A stretch of 64,000 nucleotides of DNA from an uncultured Methanoregulaceae archaeon (GTDB taxonomy: Archaea; Halobacteriota; Methanomicrobia; Methanomicrobiales; Methanospirillaceae): contig CAWJAX010000003.1 of assembly GCA_963841015.1 (NCBI GenBank), positions 608,001-672,000 on the forward strand, given 5' to 3'. The position numbers and the translations under genes were made by a program. The notes under the pieces are model-generated. The model searched no databases. It was not told the DNA's origin and saw only the letters and a list, made by a program, of their open reading frames with translations. The number at the start of each line of letters is the position of its first letter. The stretch's first letter is position 1. Below, piece by piece: positions 11,156-20,474 of the stretch.

Positions 11156-11475
11156 TTACACCCACGTTCCGATAGAGCAGAAGGTCCGAATACGGCAGAT
11201 GTTGAAACTTATTGCAGCAAAGATCATTATTGCATGCACCCTTTCAATTGTCGAATGGTATGGGCTGATTTGAAAACGGTCTTGATAACAACGTAAGGTC
11301 TCTTGCCATGAGAGGGTTTTCTTGAGATCCGTTTGTTTCTGAGTTTATCCCAGATGCCAATAGGGTGATTCCGTATGCCCCGTTTCATGGTTGCATCGAA
11401 TCCGAGAGGTTTAACACCGAAATATCCTTTGTCACGGTAACAACTCTGGCCAGAAGATAGGGGAGATACAATCAC
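11156..11475 (-). pseudogene. IS5-family transposase C-terminal remnant (truncated, frameshifted)
   Basis: YRDKGYFG...DATMKRG...RNKRISRK...RPY.VIK.VF, continuing in another frame as IERVHAIMIFAAISFNICRIRT*. This resembles methanogen IS5-type transposase tails. Confidence 0.7.
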
Positions 11476-11600
11476 AGAACTAAAAACTAAAAAAGAGTGT
11501 AGTAAAGCGACTATCTCATAGCTGGAACCCGAGGATTTTCATACGATGGGGATTATCCCCAAAAAAATAGTTTTAGGGATTTTCTCGCTGCATCTTTATT

Positions 11601-14287
11601 TTACGTTCCTGTCCAGTCGCCGATTAACGGTGTATCACCGTAAATGCCGTAATTAAAGCTAAGATCAGCAGGACCAGCTGTGTTGCTGTTCCTCAGGTAG
11701 AAGGCACCATTGCGGTAGATACCGACCGTGTCTATGCCATTTCCATCCCAGTCACCGACTAACGGTGTATCACCGTAAATACCGTAATTAAAGCTGAAGA
11801 TCAGCAGGACCAGCTGTGTTGCTGTTCCTCAGGTAGAAGGCACCATTGCGGTAGATACCGACCGTGTCTATGCCATTTCCATCCCAGTCACCGACTAACG
11901 GTGTATCACCGGGTATGCCATAATTAAAAGTCAGGTCAGCAGGACCGGCATTGTTGCTGTTCCTCAGGTAGAATGCACTATTGCGGTAGATACCGACCGT
12001 GTCTACAACGTTTCCGTCCCAGTCACTGACTAACGGTGTATCACCGGGTATACCATAATTAAAGGTCAGGTCAGCAGGACCGGCACTGTTGCTGTTCCTT
12101 AAATAGAAGGCACTGTTACGGTAGATACCGACCGTGTCTACGATGTTTCCGTCCCAGTCGCCGACTAACGGTGTATCACCGGGTATACCATAGTTAAAGG
12201 CCAGGTCAGCAGGACCGGCACTGTTGCTGTTCCTCAGGTAGAATGCACCATTGCGGTAGATACCGACCGTGTTTATACCGTTTGTTACATTGATATAACC
12301 AGCCCGAGTCAGGGAATCGGATCCTGCCTGATTCGTTACTTCCAATAAGATGGTGTAATTTCCACTCATATTAAAAGTGTGAACCGGGTTCTGCACAGTT
12401 GCATTAAAAATACTCCCATCGCCGAAGGTCCAGTTCCAGGAGGAGGGTGAATTTGTCGAAAGGTCAGTAAACTCTACGGTGAGAGGGGCTAGTCCGCTTC
12501 TTGGGGTACCGATAAAATCCGCAACTGGGGGTTCTGCAGCAGCTACCGCCTTATAAGCATTCAACCGACCGCCCGATGCAACTTTTCCTGACAGGGAGGT
12601 GTTCACATCAACGGATGAAAGAATGATGTTTTTTATTTGTACGGAAGTCAGGGATGGATTCTTTGCTTTTACGAGGGCTGCAACACCGGAAACATGGGGC
12701 GTTGCCATGGATGTACCCCACATAGGAGCATAGTTACCATTCAAATAGGTACTCAAGATATTTGTGCCTGGTGCAGCGAGATCCACAGAATTCGGGCCAA
12801 AATTTGAGAACGAGGCGAGGCGGTCATCCTGATCTGTAGCGGAAACCGAAATGATGTTTGTACTGTTATAACTTGCAGGATACAGGGGATCATCATCAAT
12901 GCTACTTGCATTATTTCCCGCAGCACAGACAACAACTGCTGGAGATGCATCAATTATATCTTTCAGGCCCTCATCATACACCCCCCCACCCCAGGAATTG
13001 CTGATTACAGTTGCACCATTTGCATTTGCATACTCGATAGTCTTGAATTGCATCAGATGTGATTCCGGCTCCCTCTTGATTGAAAGCCTTGAGGGGCATA
13101 ATCTTTACCTGCCAGTTTACCCCAGCCACGCCAAAATCATTGTCCCCTACGGCACCGATTATTCCTGAAACGTGGGTCCCATGATCCTTATCATCATTTG
13201 GATCATTGTCCCAATTGACAAAATCCCATCCACGAACATCGTCAATATAGCCATTAGCATCATCATCCTCACCGTTACCTGGAATTTCCCCTGTATTATT
13301 CCAGATATTTGCGGAGAGATCACTATGAGTATAAAGAACGCCTGTATCAATCACCGCAACTACAACACTGTTCGATCCCGTAGAGATGCCCCACGCATCC
13401 GGTGCATCGATATCAGCATCAATGGTTCCCCCTGTTTGTCCTGTGTTATCAAAACTCCATTGGTCCGAAAAAAATGCATCATTGGGTATGGAGAGGATTT
13501 TCGGGGGATGGATATCAGTAACAATCGGTCCCGTTTGAGCCGGTAGTATCGATAGAACATAATCCGGCTCTGCGTACAGGACATCAGGATTTGATTGGTA
13601 AGCTATAATTGCCGATTGCACATCAGTCCCGTTTGGTAATTGAACAAGCTGCAACCCTTCTATGCTGAAATCTTTCTCTACCCGAGCCCCGATATTTGCA
13701 TGAGCCGTGCGTATTTTAACCTGTGAAACGGATGATTCTGCATTCTTTTGGGATTTAAACCGGACAATAATCCGGTCTTTTACATATTTTTGACCAGTAC
13801 GGGAATCCGTAATAAAACTCTTTTCTCTTTCATTTACCTGCCCCAGTACGGGAGAGTCTTTGAGTGCAGGATTTGAGGAATTCGGTGATCCTGTATTTTT
13901 TGCCGAAACAGGATTTTGATTTGATATTGCCGTAGGGGGAATTATCGTAAGAACCGGGGGGATTTCAGCCGGTGCCGGACTTATTGCAGATGAGGTGGCT
14001 GGTGTTGGAGCTGTTGAAAATGGCGTTGTGGGTAGTGTCGTAATTTTTGGAGGAGTTCCCTCGGGAATGGCAGAAGTTTCCTGGACTAGAGGTTGCTCAA
14101 ATGAGGGAGGAGATGTTTCGATCCAATTCTGTGTCAGGGTAACACTGACGTTTTTTTGCGAATTTCCCGTCAGAATTGTTGAATTTATCGGATTTTCCAG
14201 CGCAAATACATTTACCGGTAGCACAATCAACAGACAGAGAATTATAATTTTGCTATAATACCCACTACGGATCGTCAGCTTAATCAT
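11601..14287 (-). CDS. Secreted subtilisin-like (S8) serine protease with Pro/Thr-rich linker, prodomain, PKD domain and five 45-aa C-terminal repeats; broken by two +1 insertions (~13045, ~11796)
   Basis: Signal peptide; catalytic VAVIDTG, HGTHVSG, GTSMATPHVSG. Removing one base at each site joins ORFs 12974..14287 and 11788..13053 and extends the frame to TAA at 11601-11603. Confidence 0.85.
11607..12270 (-). repeat. Five 135-bp tandem repeats (45 aa, VGIYRN.AFYLRNSNSAGPADL.FNYGI.GDTPLVGDWDG)
   Basis: GTAGATACC anchors at 11715, 11851, 11986, 12121, 12256 (one 136-bp spacing caused by the extra base). Confidence 0.95.
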
Positions 14288-14536
14288 TACTTCATTATTG
14301 TATCAATCGTAAATTAATTTTGTCAAGATACTAAAAAGAAGAGGCAGGTGAATACTTAGGAGTTCGAGAAATCAAAAATCGATATATGATTAATACTCTT
14401 TCATTATATTTTCATTACAGACCAATGCTGAGCAGTCAGAGTGATTTAGCTTATTGCTGGAAAAAAGGGTAATCGTTAGGTTAGGAAAATACCAAATAAA
14501 ATTGTGACGGGGCTGTTTTCCCCACGTCTTCTAATT

Positions 14537-16216
14537 TTACAATCCGTCCCAGTTGCCGACTAACGGGATATCACCGGGTATGCCGTAATTAAAGGCGAGG
14601 TCTGCAGGACCGGCACTGTTGCTGTTCCTCAGGTAGAAGGCACTGTTGCGGTAGATACCGACATTGTCATCGCCATCTCCGTCCCAGTCGCCGACTAATT
14701 GTGTATCACCGGGTATGCCGTAATTAAAGGCGAGGTCTGCAGGACCGGCACTGTTGCTGTTCCTCAGGTAGAAGGCACTGTTGCGGTAGATACCGACATT
14801 GTCATCGCCGTCTCCGTCCCAGTCGCCGACTAACGGGGTATCACCGGGTATACCGTAATTAAAGGCCAGGTCTGCAGGACCGGCACTGTTGCTGTTCCTC
14901 AGGAAGAAGGCACTGTTGCGGTAGATACCGACATTGTCATCGCCGTCTCCGTCCCAGTCGCCGACTAACGGGGTATCACCGGGTATACCGTAATTAAAGG
15001 CGAGGTCTGCAGGACCGGCACTGTTGCTGTTCCTCAGGTAGAAGGCACTGTTGCGGTAGATACCTACCGTGTCTACGCCATCTCCGTCCCAGTCGCCGAC
15101 TAATTGTGTATCACCGGGTATACCGTAATTAAAGGCGAGGTCTGCAGGACCGGCACTGTTGCTGTTCCTCAGGAAGAAGGCACTGTTGCGGTAGATACCG
15201 ACCGTAGTCGTTCCATTGACAGCCGGAGAAGTGACGGTAATGGTTGTTCCCGGGTTCGTTGTGCTTTGACCACCTGCATTGGCAACTGTAAGCTGGGCTG
15301 TATACGATCCCGGATTGGTATAGGTATAGGTACCATTCCGAGCTCCGAACACTGTTGTGTTATACCAGTTCCCATCTCCAACAGACCAGTTCCATGATGT
15401 AGGGGAGTTGCTTGAGGTGTCATTGAACTGCACAGTAAGAGGGGCGGTACCGGACGTTGTGTTGGTCGTAAACGATGCAACCGGCGGGGTTACTGCGACG
15501 TCGTAATTGATCGTCATGTAGGGAGTGTATGCACCGGCAGAATAATTCATACCACGAATTTCAAACCCGGAAAATTCATTGTTTGCCCATGTCAGAGAAG
15601 ATGCATTATCAACATCTGCGCTATGAGTTAACATAAAAGATGTATACCCTGTTTTTGAGATATCATTAATTCCAGCAGAATTTAACGGGTAATCATTCCT
15701 CAAGAGGCCATAATTGTAATCATCATAGGTTATATCAGGAGCAACACGGGTGAAGGTGGTCCTGCTATAGTCTGCTCCGCTATATGCCAATGGATCAAGT
15801 GGATCTGCATCAATAATACAAGAGTCAAAGGTGCCAAGCCCATTAGCTCTGGTGTGACCATAAACGGAAACAGTGGCACTGGTAATTGTTGCATCATTGG
15901 GAATAGCAGAAGTGTCCCACGAAATTAATCCCCGATAATGTCTGTCATATAGATTTACAACAGCTGAACCATACATCGTTTCATTCATCGCCCTTGTTTC
16001 ACCAATGTTTATGGTATCAGCATTTACTCCTTCTAAGACAGTAATCTCTCCTGGATTATTTCTCTTTTCTTGCCAGGTTTGGTTATCGGTATTCGCCAAT
16101 AACCTGCCGTCATGACTTGCATTCACAACAAGCTGAGCTGCACTTGCCGCTGGCATCAGCATGATCAGAATTAGTGATACTGCACATACAGTAATCAACA
16201 TTGACTTGTTTCTCAT
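14537..16216 (-). CDS. Secreted protein: DNRLRE/CBM96-like N-terminal domain + PKD + five 45-aa repeats
   Basis: Signal peptide from ATG 16216 (MRNKSML...ASA); WDTSAIPNDATITSATVSVY motif; PKD motif (TAPLTVQFNDTS...W.W.GDG). Confidence 0.8.
   Translation of the reverse strand: MRNKSMLITVCAVSLILIMLMPAASAAQLVVNASHDGRLLANTDNQTWQEKRNNPGEITVLEGVNADTINIGETRAMNETMYGSAVVNLYDRHYRGLISWDTSAIPNDATITSATVSVYGHTRANGLGTFDSCIIDADPLDPLAYSGADYSRTTFTRVAPDITYDDYNYGLLRNDYPLNSAGINDISKTGYTSFMLTHSADVDNASSLTWANNEFSGFEIRGMNYSAGAYTPYMTINYDVAVTPPVASFTTNTTSGTAPLTVQFNDTSSNSPTSWNWSVGDGNWYNTTVFGARNGTYTYTNPGSYTAQLTVANAGGQSTTNPGTTITVTSPAVNGTTTVGIYRNSAFFLRNSNSAGPADLAFNYGIPGDTQLVGDWDGDGVDTVGIYRNSAFYLRNSNSAGPADLAFNYGIPGDTPLVGDWDGDGDDNVGIYRNSAFFLRNSNSAGPADLAFNYGIPGDTPLVGDWDGDGDDNVGIYRNSAFYLRNSNSAGPADLAFNYGIPGDTQLVGDWDGDGDDNVGIYRNSAFYLRNSNSAGPADLAFNYGIPGDIPLVGNWDGL
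14543..15205 (-). repeat. Five 135-bp tandem repeats (45 aa)
   Basis: GTAGATACC anchors at 14651, 14786, 14921, 15056, 15191. Confidence 0.95.
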
Positions 16217-16483
16217 AATACACCTTTTTATAAGAGATATATCCGTGCCAAGATTATTAAACTTGTTTGTCGGTTTAAATACTGGTAGTCTGTTAAGGCA
16301 ATCCCATTGAGCGATAAAGACATTAGAGAAATACAATTCCAAAAATCCAAATTTATTGTTATTAAAATTTGTATCGAAAAATATCTCAATAATTTTCATC
16401 GTTTTTTGTGTGTATAGTCATTCCCTGATACGCAATCTTCTTCTAGATAGAAATTGACCAGTGTTATGAGAGAGGTACGTCCA

Positions 16484-16906
16484 ATGCATCATTATTCGTT
16501 GTCCTGCAGCGCGGAAGCAGGCGATCTTGAGCCAATAGTCCTTGCAGTCCACGAATTAATCCACCGTCTGCCCGTTACGGCAAAATCAGTAGAAAAAGAT
16601 GGCATACGTGTTGAAGACGGGAGAGTTATCGATCGGCATTACGTAGGTCCGGTACTCCTCGAATCGATCGCAAAAAACATTCCGATAAAAACTACACCAT
16701 CGAGCGGAGCTTACAAGGGAGTGCCCGTAACGGTCAGTCCCATCAGAGACCAGGATGGAAACGCTATCGGTGCAATCGGGGTTGTTGATATCACGGGAAT
16801 TTTTGATCTTGCAACACTCATGGAACACCAGTCTGCGATACTCAAGCAGGTGTGCGGTAAAGATCCCTGTCCGCTTCCTTCTGAACAGAGCGGTTCAAGG
16901 AGGTGA
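16484..16906 (+). CDS. DUF2111 family protein
   Basis: IH.L...PVT..S....G.R.E.G.VID..Y.GPVL and G.YKGVPVTVSPI...AIG.IGVVDIT pattern; GAGGT RBS before ATG 16484. Confidence 0.75.
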   Translation: MHHYSLSCSAEAGDLEPIVLAVHELIHRLPVTAKSVEKDGIRVEDGRVIDRHYVGPVLLESIAKNIPIKTTPSSGAYKGVPVTVSPIRDQDGNAIGAIGVVDITGIFDLATLMEHQSAILKQVCGKDPCPLPSEQSGSRR

Positions 16907-17892
16907 ATGATTTGCCGGATTCCGCATTCAAAGTTCTTGAGATCCTCGAACGAACAGAAACTCCTGTTTCCGGAGAAACGATCAGCAATGAACTGGGAAT
17001 TACCCGATCTGCGGTCTGGAAGCACATCCAGGAGCTGCGGGCAATGGGGTATGAAATCTTCTCATCCCAAAAAGAGGGGTACAAGCTGACCCGTACGAGT
17101 AATAAGCTCCTTCCCTATGAAATCCATAAAAAACTAAAAACCCAGTTCATCGGAAAAAAGATACGGTATCTCGAGAATACCCCCTCGACTATCTGGGTGG
17201 GCAAACAGATGTGCTCTGAAGGGGATGTCGGGAAAATGCACGGCATGGTAATCATTGCCGAAGAACAGACCGGGGGTATCGGAAGAATGGGGAGGGCATG
17301 GGTTTCACCGAGTGGGGGAATCTGGATTACGGTTGTCCTCAAACCCAATGTACCCATTGATCATATTTTTATGATCACGATGGCTGGATCCATCGCCATA
17401 GCCCGGGCAATCCGCAAGGAATTCGATCTCGGGGCACTGATCAAATGGCCGAATGATATTTTCATTGGCAACAAGAAAGTCGCCGGACTCCTTCTTGAGC
17501 TCTCAGCAGACGCAGATGCGGTTCACTATTGTCTGTTAAGTATAGGTATTGATGTGAATGTCCCGTTAAACCAGTTCTCTCCTGCATTGCAAAAAGACAT
17601 CACTTCTATCAGCGCTGAAGTCGGGCATGAAGTAGACCGTGCTTCGTTTCTCGCACGCATCCTCAAGGAATTTGAGAGCCGGTATCTCCTTATTGAGAGT
17701 GGCGAATATGAACCTATTATTAGAGAATGGAAGAGTCTTTCCTGTACGCTTGAAAACAGGGTGCAGATCAGGACGCTGAAGAACAGCTTTGAAGGGGAAG
17801 CAATCGATATCGATGAGTTTGGCGCTCTTATTATCAGGAAGGACAACGGCAAGCTCGAACGGGTTATCTCCGGTGACTGTTATCAGCAATAA
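16903..17892 (+). CDS. birA: Bifunctional biotin-protein ligase / repressor BirA
   Basis: N-terminal HTH (SGETISNELGITRSAVWKHI), GRMGRAWVSP, IKWPND, KKVAGLL. Confidence 0.92.
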   Translation: MNDLPDSAFKVLEILERTETPVSGETISNELGITRSAVWKHIQELRAMGYEIFSSQKEGYKLTRTSNKLLPYEIHKKLKTQFIGKKIRYLENTPSTIWVGKQMCSEGDVGKMHGMVIIAEEQTGGIGRMGRAWVSPSGGIWITVVLKPNVPIDHIFMITMAGSIAIARAIRKEFDLGALIKWPNDIFIGNKKVAGLLLELSADADAVHYCLLSIGIDVNVPLNQFSPALQKDITSISAEVGHEVDRASFLARILKEFESRYLLIESGEYEPIIREWKSLSCTLENRVQIRTLKNSFEGEAIDIDEFGALIIRKDNGKLERVISGDCYQQ

Positions 17893-17908
17893 TTAAGAAG
17901 TACTTTTT

Positions 17909-17942
17909 ATCGTCAACCGTTCAAATTTTTATGGTTGACGAT
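17909..17942. promoter_or_regulatory. BirA operator overlapping the bioY start
   Basis: Perfect 10-bp inverted repeat ATCGTCAACC-N14-GGTTGACGAT, fitting the GTnAAC-N14..16-GTTnAC BirA box; TATA-like TTTTTAT immediately upstream. Confidence 0.85.
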
Positions 17943-18450
17943 GTTTGGAGACCTGCAGAAATCCAGAACTATTGCTTACTCTGCAGCATTTATTGGGCTT
18001 ATCAGCCTTGGAGCGTGGGTGTCAATCCCCTTCTTCCCTGTCCCGTTAACCCTTCAGACACTCTTTGTGTTACTCGCCGGCGCGGTTATGAAGCGATATG
18101 CGGTAATCCCGGTTTCGCTGTATGTACTTCTCGGCGCACTTGGACTTCCGGTATTTCATACAGGTGTTGCCGGGTTTGGCATCCTGCTCGGACCAACCAG
18201 CGGTTATCTCATAGGATTTATCTTCGCTGCACTTGTTGTTGGTCTTGCCTACGAACATGATGCTGCGATTATCCATATTACCGGGCTTCTGGCTGGAACC
18301 GCTATCATCTATATTTGTGGGATTACATGGCTGATGTATTCCCTTAATTTGGGATTCATCCCTGCGATATTAAGTGGCGTTCTTCCTTTTATCCCCGGGG
18401 ATGCGATAAAAATATTCGCCGCGTTTATGATTGCGAAACGATTACCATGA
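17941..18450 (+). CDS. bioY: Biotin ECF transporter S component BioY
   Basis: PVPLTLQT, LY..LGALGLPVF, GPTSGYLIGF, LPFIPGD.IK. Confidence 0.93.
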   Translation: MFGDLQKSRTIAYSAAFIGLISLGAWVSIPFFPVPLTLQTLFVLLAGAVMKRYAVIPVSLYVLLGALGLPVFHTGVAGFGILLGPTSGYLIGFIFAALVVGLAYEHDAAIIHITGLLAGTAIIYICGITWLMYSLNLGFIPAILSGVLPFIPGDAIKIFAAFMIAKRLP

Positions 18451-19112
18451 TCACCGCTGAATTCCTGTGTTACCGTAAACTTGCGATAGACGCACTCAGA
18501 ATAAAACCTGGCATTACCACAATCATTGGAGCAAACGGGAGCGGGAAAACCACATTTCTTAAGCTCTGTGCCGGAATTGCAGTGCCAGAAACCGGTATTC
18601 TCCTGATCGATGACGCACCACCACGAGAAACCGAGATTGGGTGGGTAAATGAATTTCCCGACCGCAATATTCTTTTTGTAAACGTGTTTGATGAGATTGC
18701 ATCCCCGCTTCGGTTCCGTCGCACTCCCTGTGAAGAAATTGATATAAATGTCCGTGAATTAGCGGAAACTTTGGATATCTCCTATCTCCTGCACAGAGCA
18801 GTGCGTGATTTGTCAGGTGGTGAAAAAGTGCTGGTTTCCCTTGCGGCAGCAATGGTTCACCGCCCTAAGGTGCTGGTCCTTGACGAATACGATTCACATC
18901 TTGATTCACATTATATGGCAAAGATTGAGCAGGGGATCAGGACATCGCGAGCCGATTATGTGATCCGTTGCACGCAGCAGATGGACACTGCCATCTGCAG
19001 TGATCATCTTCTCTTTTTTGATTCCGGCCGGATCACCCATGCTGGTCCACCTCATGATTTCTTTCCTTTCCTGAAAGGAACAGCTTATTATCCGTTGTTG
19101 TGGGGGTGCTGA
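18447..19112 (+). CDS. ECF-type ABC ATPase (degenerate H-loop)
   Basis: GANGSGKTT, LSGGEK, VLVLDE; CTQ in place of the usual xTH. Confidence 0.85.
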   Translation: MITAEFLCYRKLAIDALRIKPGITTIIGANGSGKTTFLKLCAGIAVPETGILLIDDAPPRETEIGWVNEFPDRNILFVNVFDEIASPLRFRRTPCEEIDINVRELAETLDISYLLHRAVRDLSGGEKVLVSLAAAMVHRPKVLVLDEYDSHLDSHYMAKIEQGIRTSRADYVIRCTQQMDTAICSDHLLFFDSGRITHAGPPHDFFPFLKGTAYYPLLWGC

Positions 19113-19813
19113 TGGTAAAAATCACCTTAAACCGGGTATCTGCAGTTCGTGACCCTTGGTCACTTTCTGCATCCGGCACATTCAATGAAGGTGTGCACCT
19201 TGTAAGCGGAGATGTGGGGAGCGGGAAATCAACGCTGGCACTCATGATGGCGGGGCTCCTTCCCTTGTCCGGTGGAGACATTGAGAAAGAGGAGATTACC
19301 ACAACCATGCTCTCACTCCAGTTCCCGGAACTCCATGTTACCGGCCTGACTGTTGCAGAAGAATGTGATTCCTGGGGAGTTGATCCGGATGAAATCCTTG
19401 ATGCTGTTCAATTGGGCGAAAAAAAAGAGGAATCACCCCTGTCTTTGAGCAGGGGTGAACTCAAACGGCTCCACCTAGCATGCGTGCTTGCAAAAAACTA
19501 TGACCTTCTCTTGCTTGATGAACCGTTCAGCTCACTTGACTGCGAGGAAAAGGTAAAAATCTGTGCACATATCGGTCAAAAGTCGCAGGGTATTACCGTT
19601 ATTTTCACCCATGAACAGAATATCCTTCCCAGAGTTAAGCAGATCTGGGAGATTGTTGATGGCATGCTTGTTAGTTGTGGCACGCCACCAGGTGCATTTA
19701 CGCACTGGCGCCATGTCCCGCAATTGATAGCGAGACTTACGGCTCTTGGATCCAAACCTGAAAATATCTCATTGGAGGACTTTAGGGAGGCGGTATGCAG
19801 GATCCAAGGATAA
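19112..19813 (+). CDS. Second ECF-type ABC ATPase
   Basis: GDVGSGKST, LQFPE, LSRGE, LLLDEPF, FTHE; TGATG overlap with upstream gene. Confidence 0.85.
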   Translation: MVKITLNRVSAVRDPWSLSASGTFNEGVHLVSGDVGSGKSTLALMMAGLLPLSGGDIEKEEITTTMLSLQFPELHVTGLTVAEECDSWGVDPDEILDAVQLGEKKEESPLSLSRGELKRLHLACVLAKNYDLLLLDEPFSSLDCEEKVKICAHIGQKSQGITVIFTHEQNILPRVKQIWEIVDGMLVSCGTPPGAFTHWRHVPQLIARLTALGSKPENISLEDFREAVCRIQG

Positions 19814-20448
19814 GAATTGCTGCTGCTGCAGTTCTCTCTCTGGCGGCGTTCGTGAGCCTCCACGGTGCTGCCGCTGTCTTTCTCTGGTGGCTGGTGTTTA
19901 CTCACCGACTGCAACTTGCAAAAAGGATCAGGCTGGTTTTTTCTTTAATCCTCATGATTGCACTTTTCAGCCTTGTCCTGGAACTATCCGGCGGAGATGG
20001 TATTTCTTATTTTGCCAGAATGACCGTTATCGTGTTTATTGGTATGTGGATATTCAGCGAACAGAAATCAGGAGAATTCCTTGCAATTGGGGTCTGGTTG
20101 TTTGGTGACAGGTTAGGATTTGAGCTCGGTATGGTCGCTGAGATGGGAATGCAATCATTAGTATCAGTCACAGCCGATCTGGACCGGATTCGTGTAGCAC
20201 AGAAGATCAAAGGTAGGCAATGGGATGTGAATAACCTTGTCCCTGCAGGTCTCGTACTTGTCCATGGTGCGCTTGTCAGGGCAGAGGATACAGCTGAACT
20301 CTTGGCAATCCGGGGATATCAGCACGGGGGGAGCCTGTGCCCAACATTTTTTACACGACCTCTTGACATAGTTGCGGGCATGTTTGCCGTTTGCATTTTA
20401 TTTTTCTCTTTGATTCCAGTTAGTGAATTTTTTATACTTTACCGATGA
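19795..20448 (+). CDS. ECF transmembrane component (EcfT/CbiQ-like)
   Basis: DPRIRI start, hydrophobic segments, AQKIKG and LAIRGY (ARG-like) motifs, operon context. Confidence 0.75.
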   Translation: MQDPRIRIAAAAVLSLAAFVSLHGAAAVFLWWLVFTHRLQLAKRIRLVFSLILMIALFSLVLELSGGDGISYFARMTVIVFIGMWIFSEQKSGEFLAIGVWLFGDRLGFELGMVAEMGMQSLVSVTADLDRIRVAQKIKGRQWDVNNLVPAGLVLVHGALVRAEDTAELLAIRGYQHGGSLCPTFFTRPLDIVAGMFAVCILFFSLIPVSEFFILYR

Positions 20449-20474
20449 AGGTTTGAGAGGCTTAATATGATCCA

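Noticed and set aside
16217-16399. Long N-terminal extensions in the ORF track (also 59395, 52332, 51138, 49361)
   Set aside because: Signal peptides, RBS positions and overlaps favour the downstream ATG starts used here
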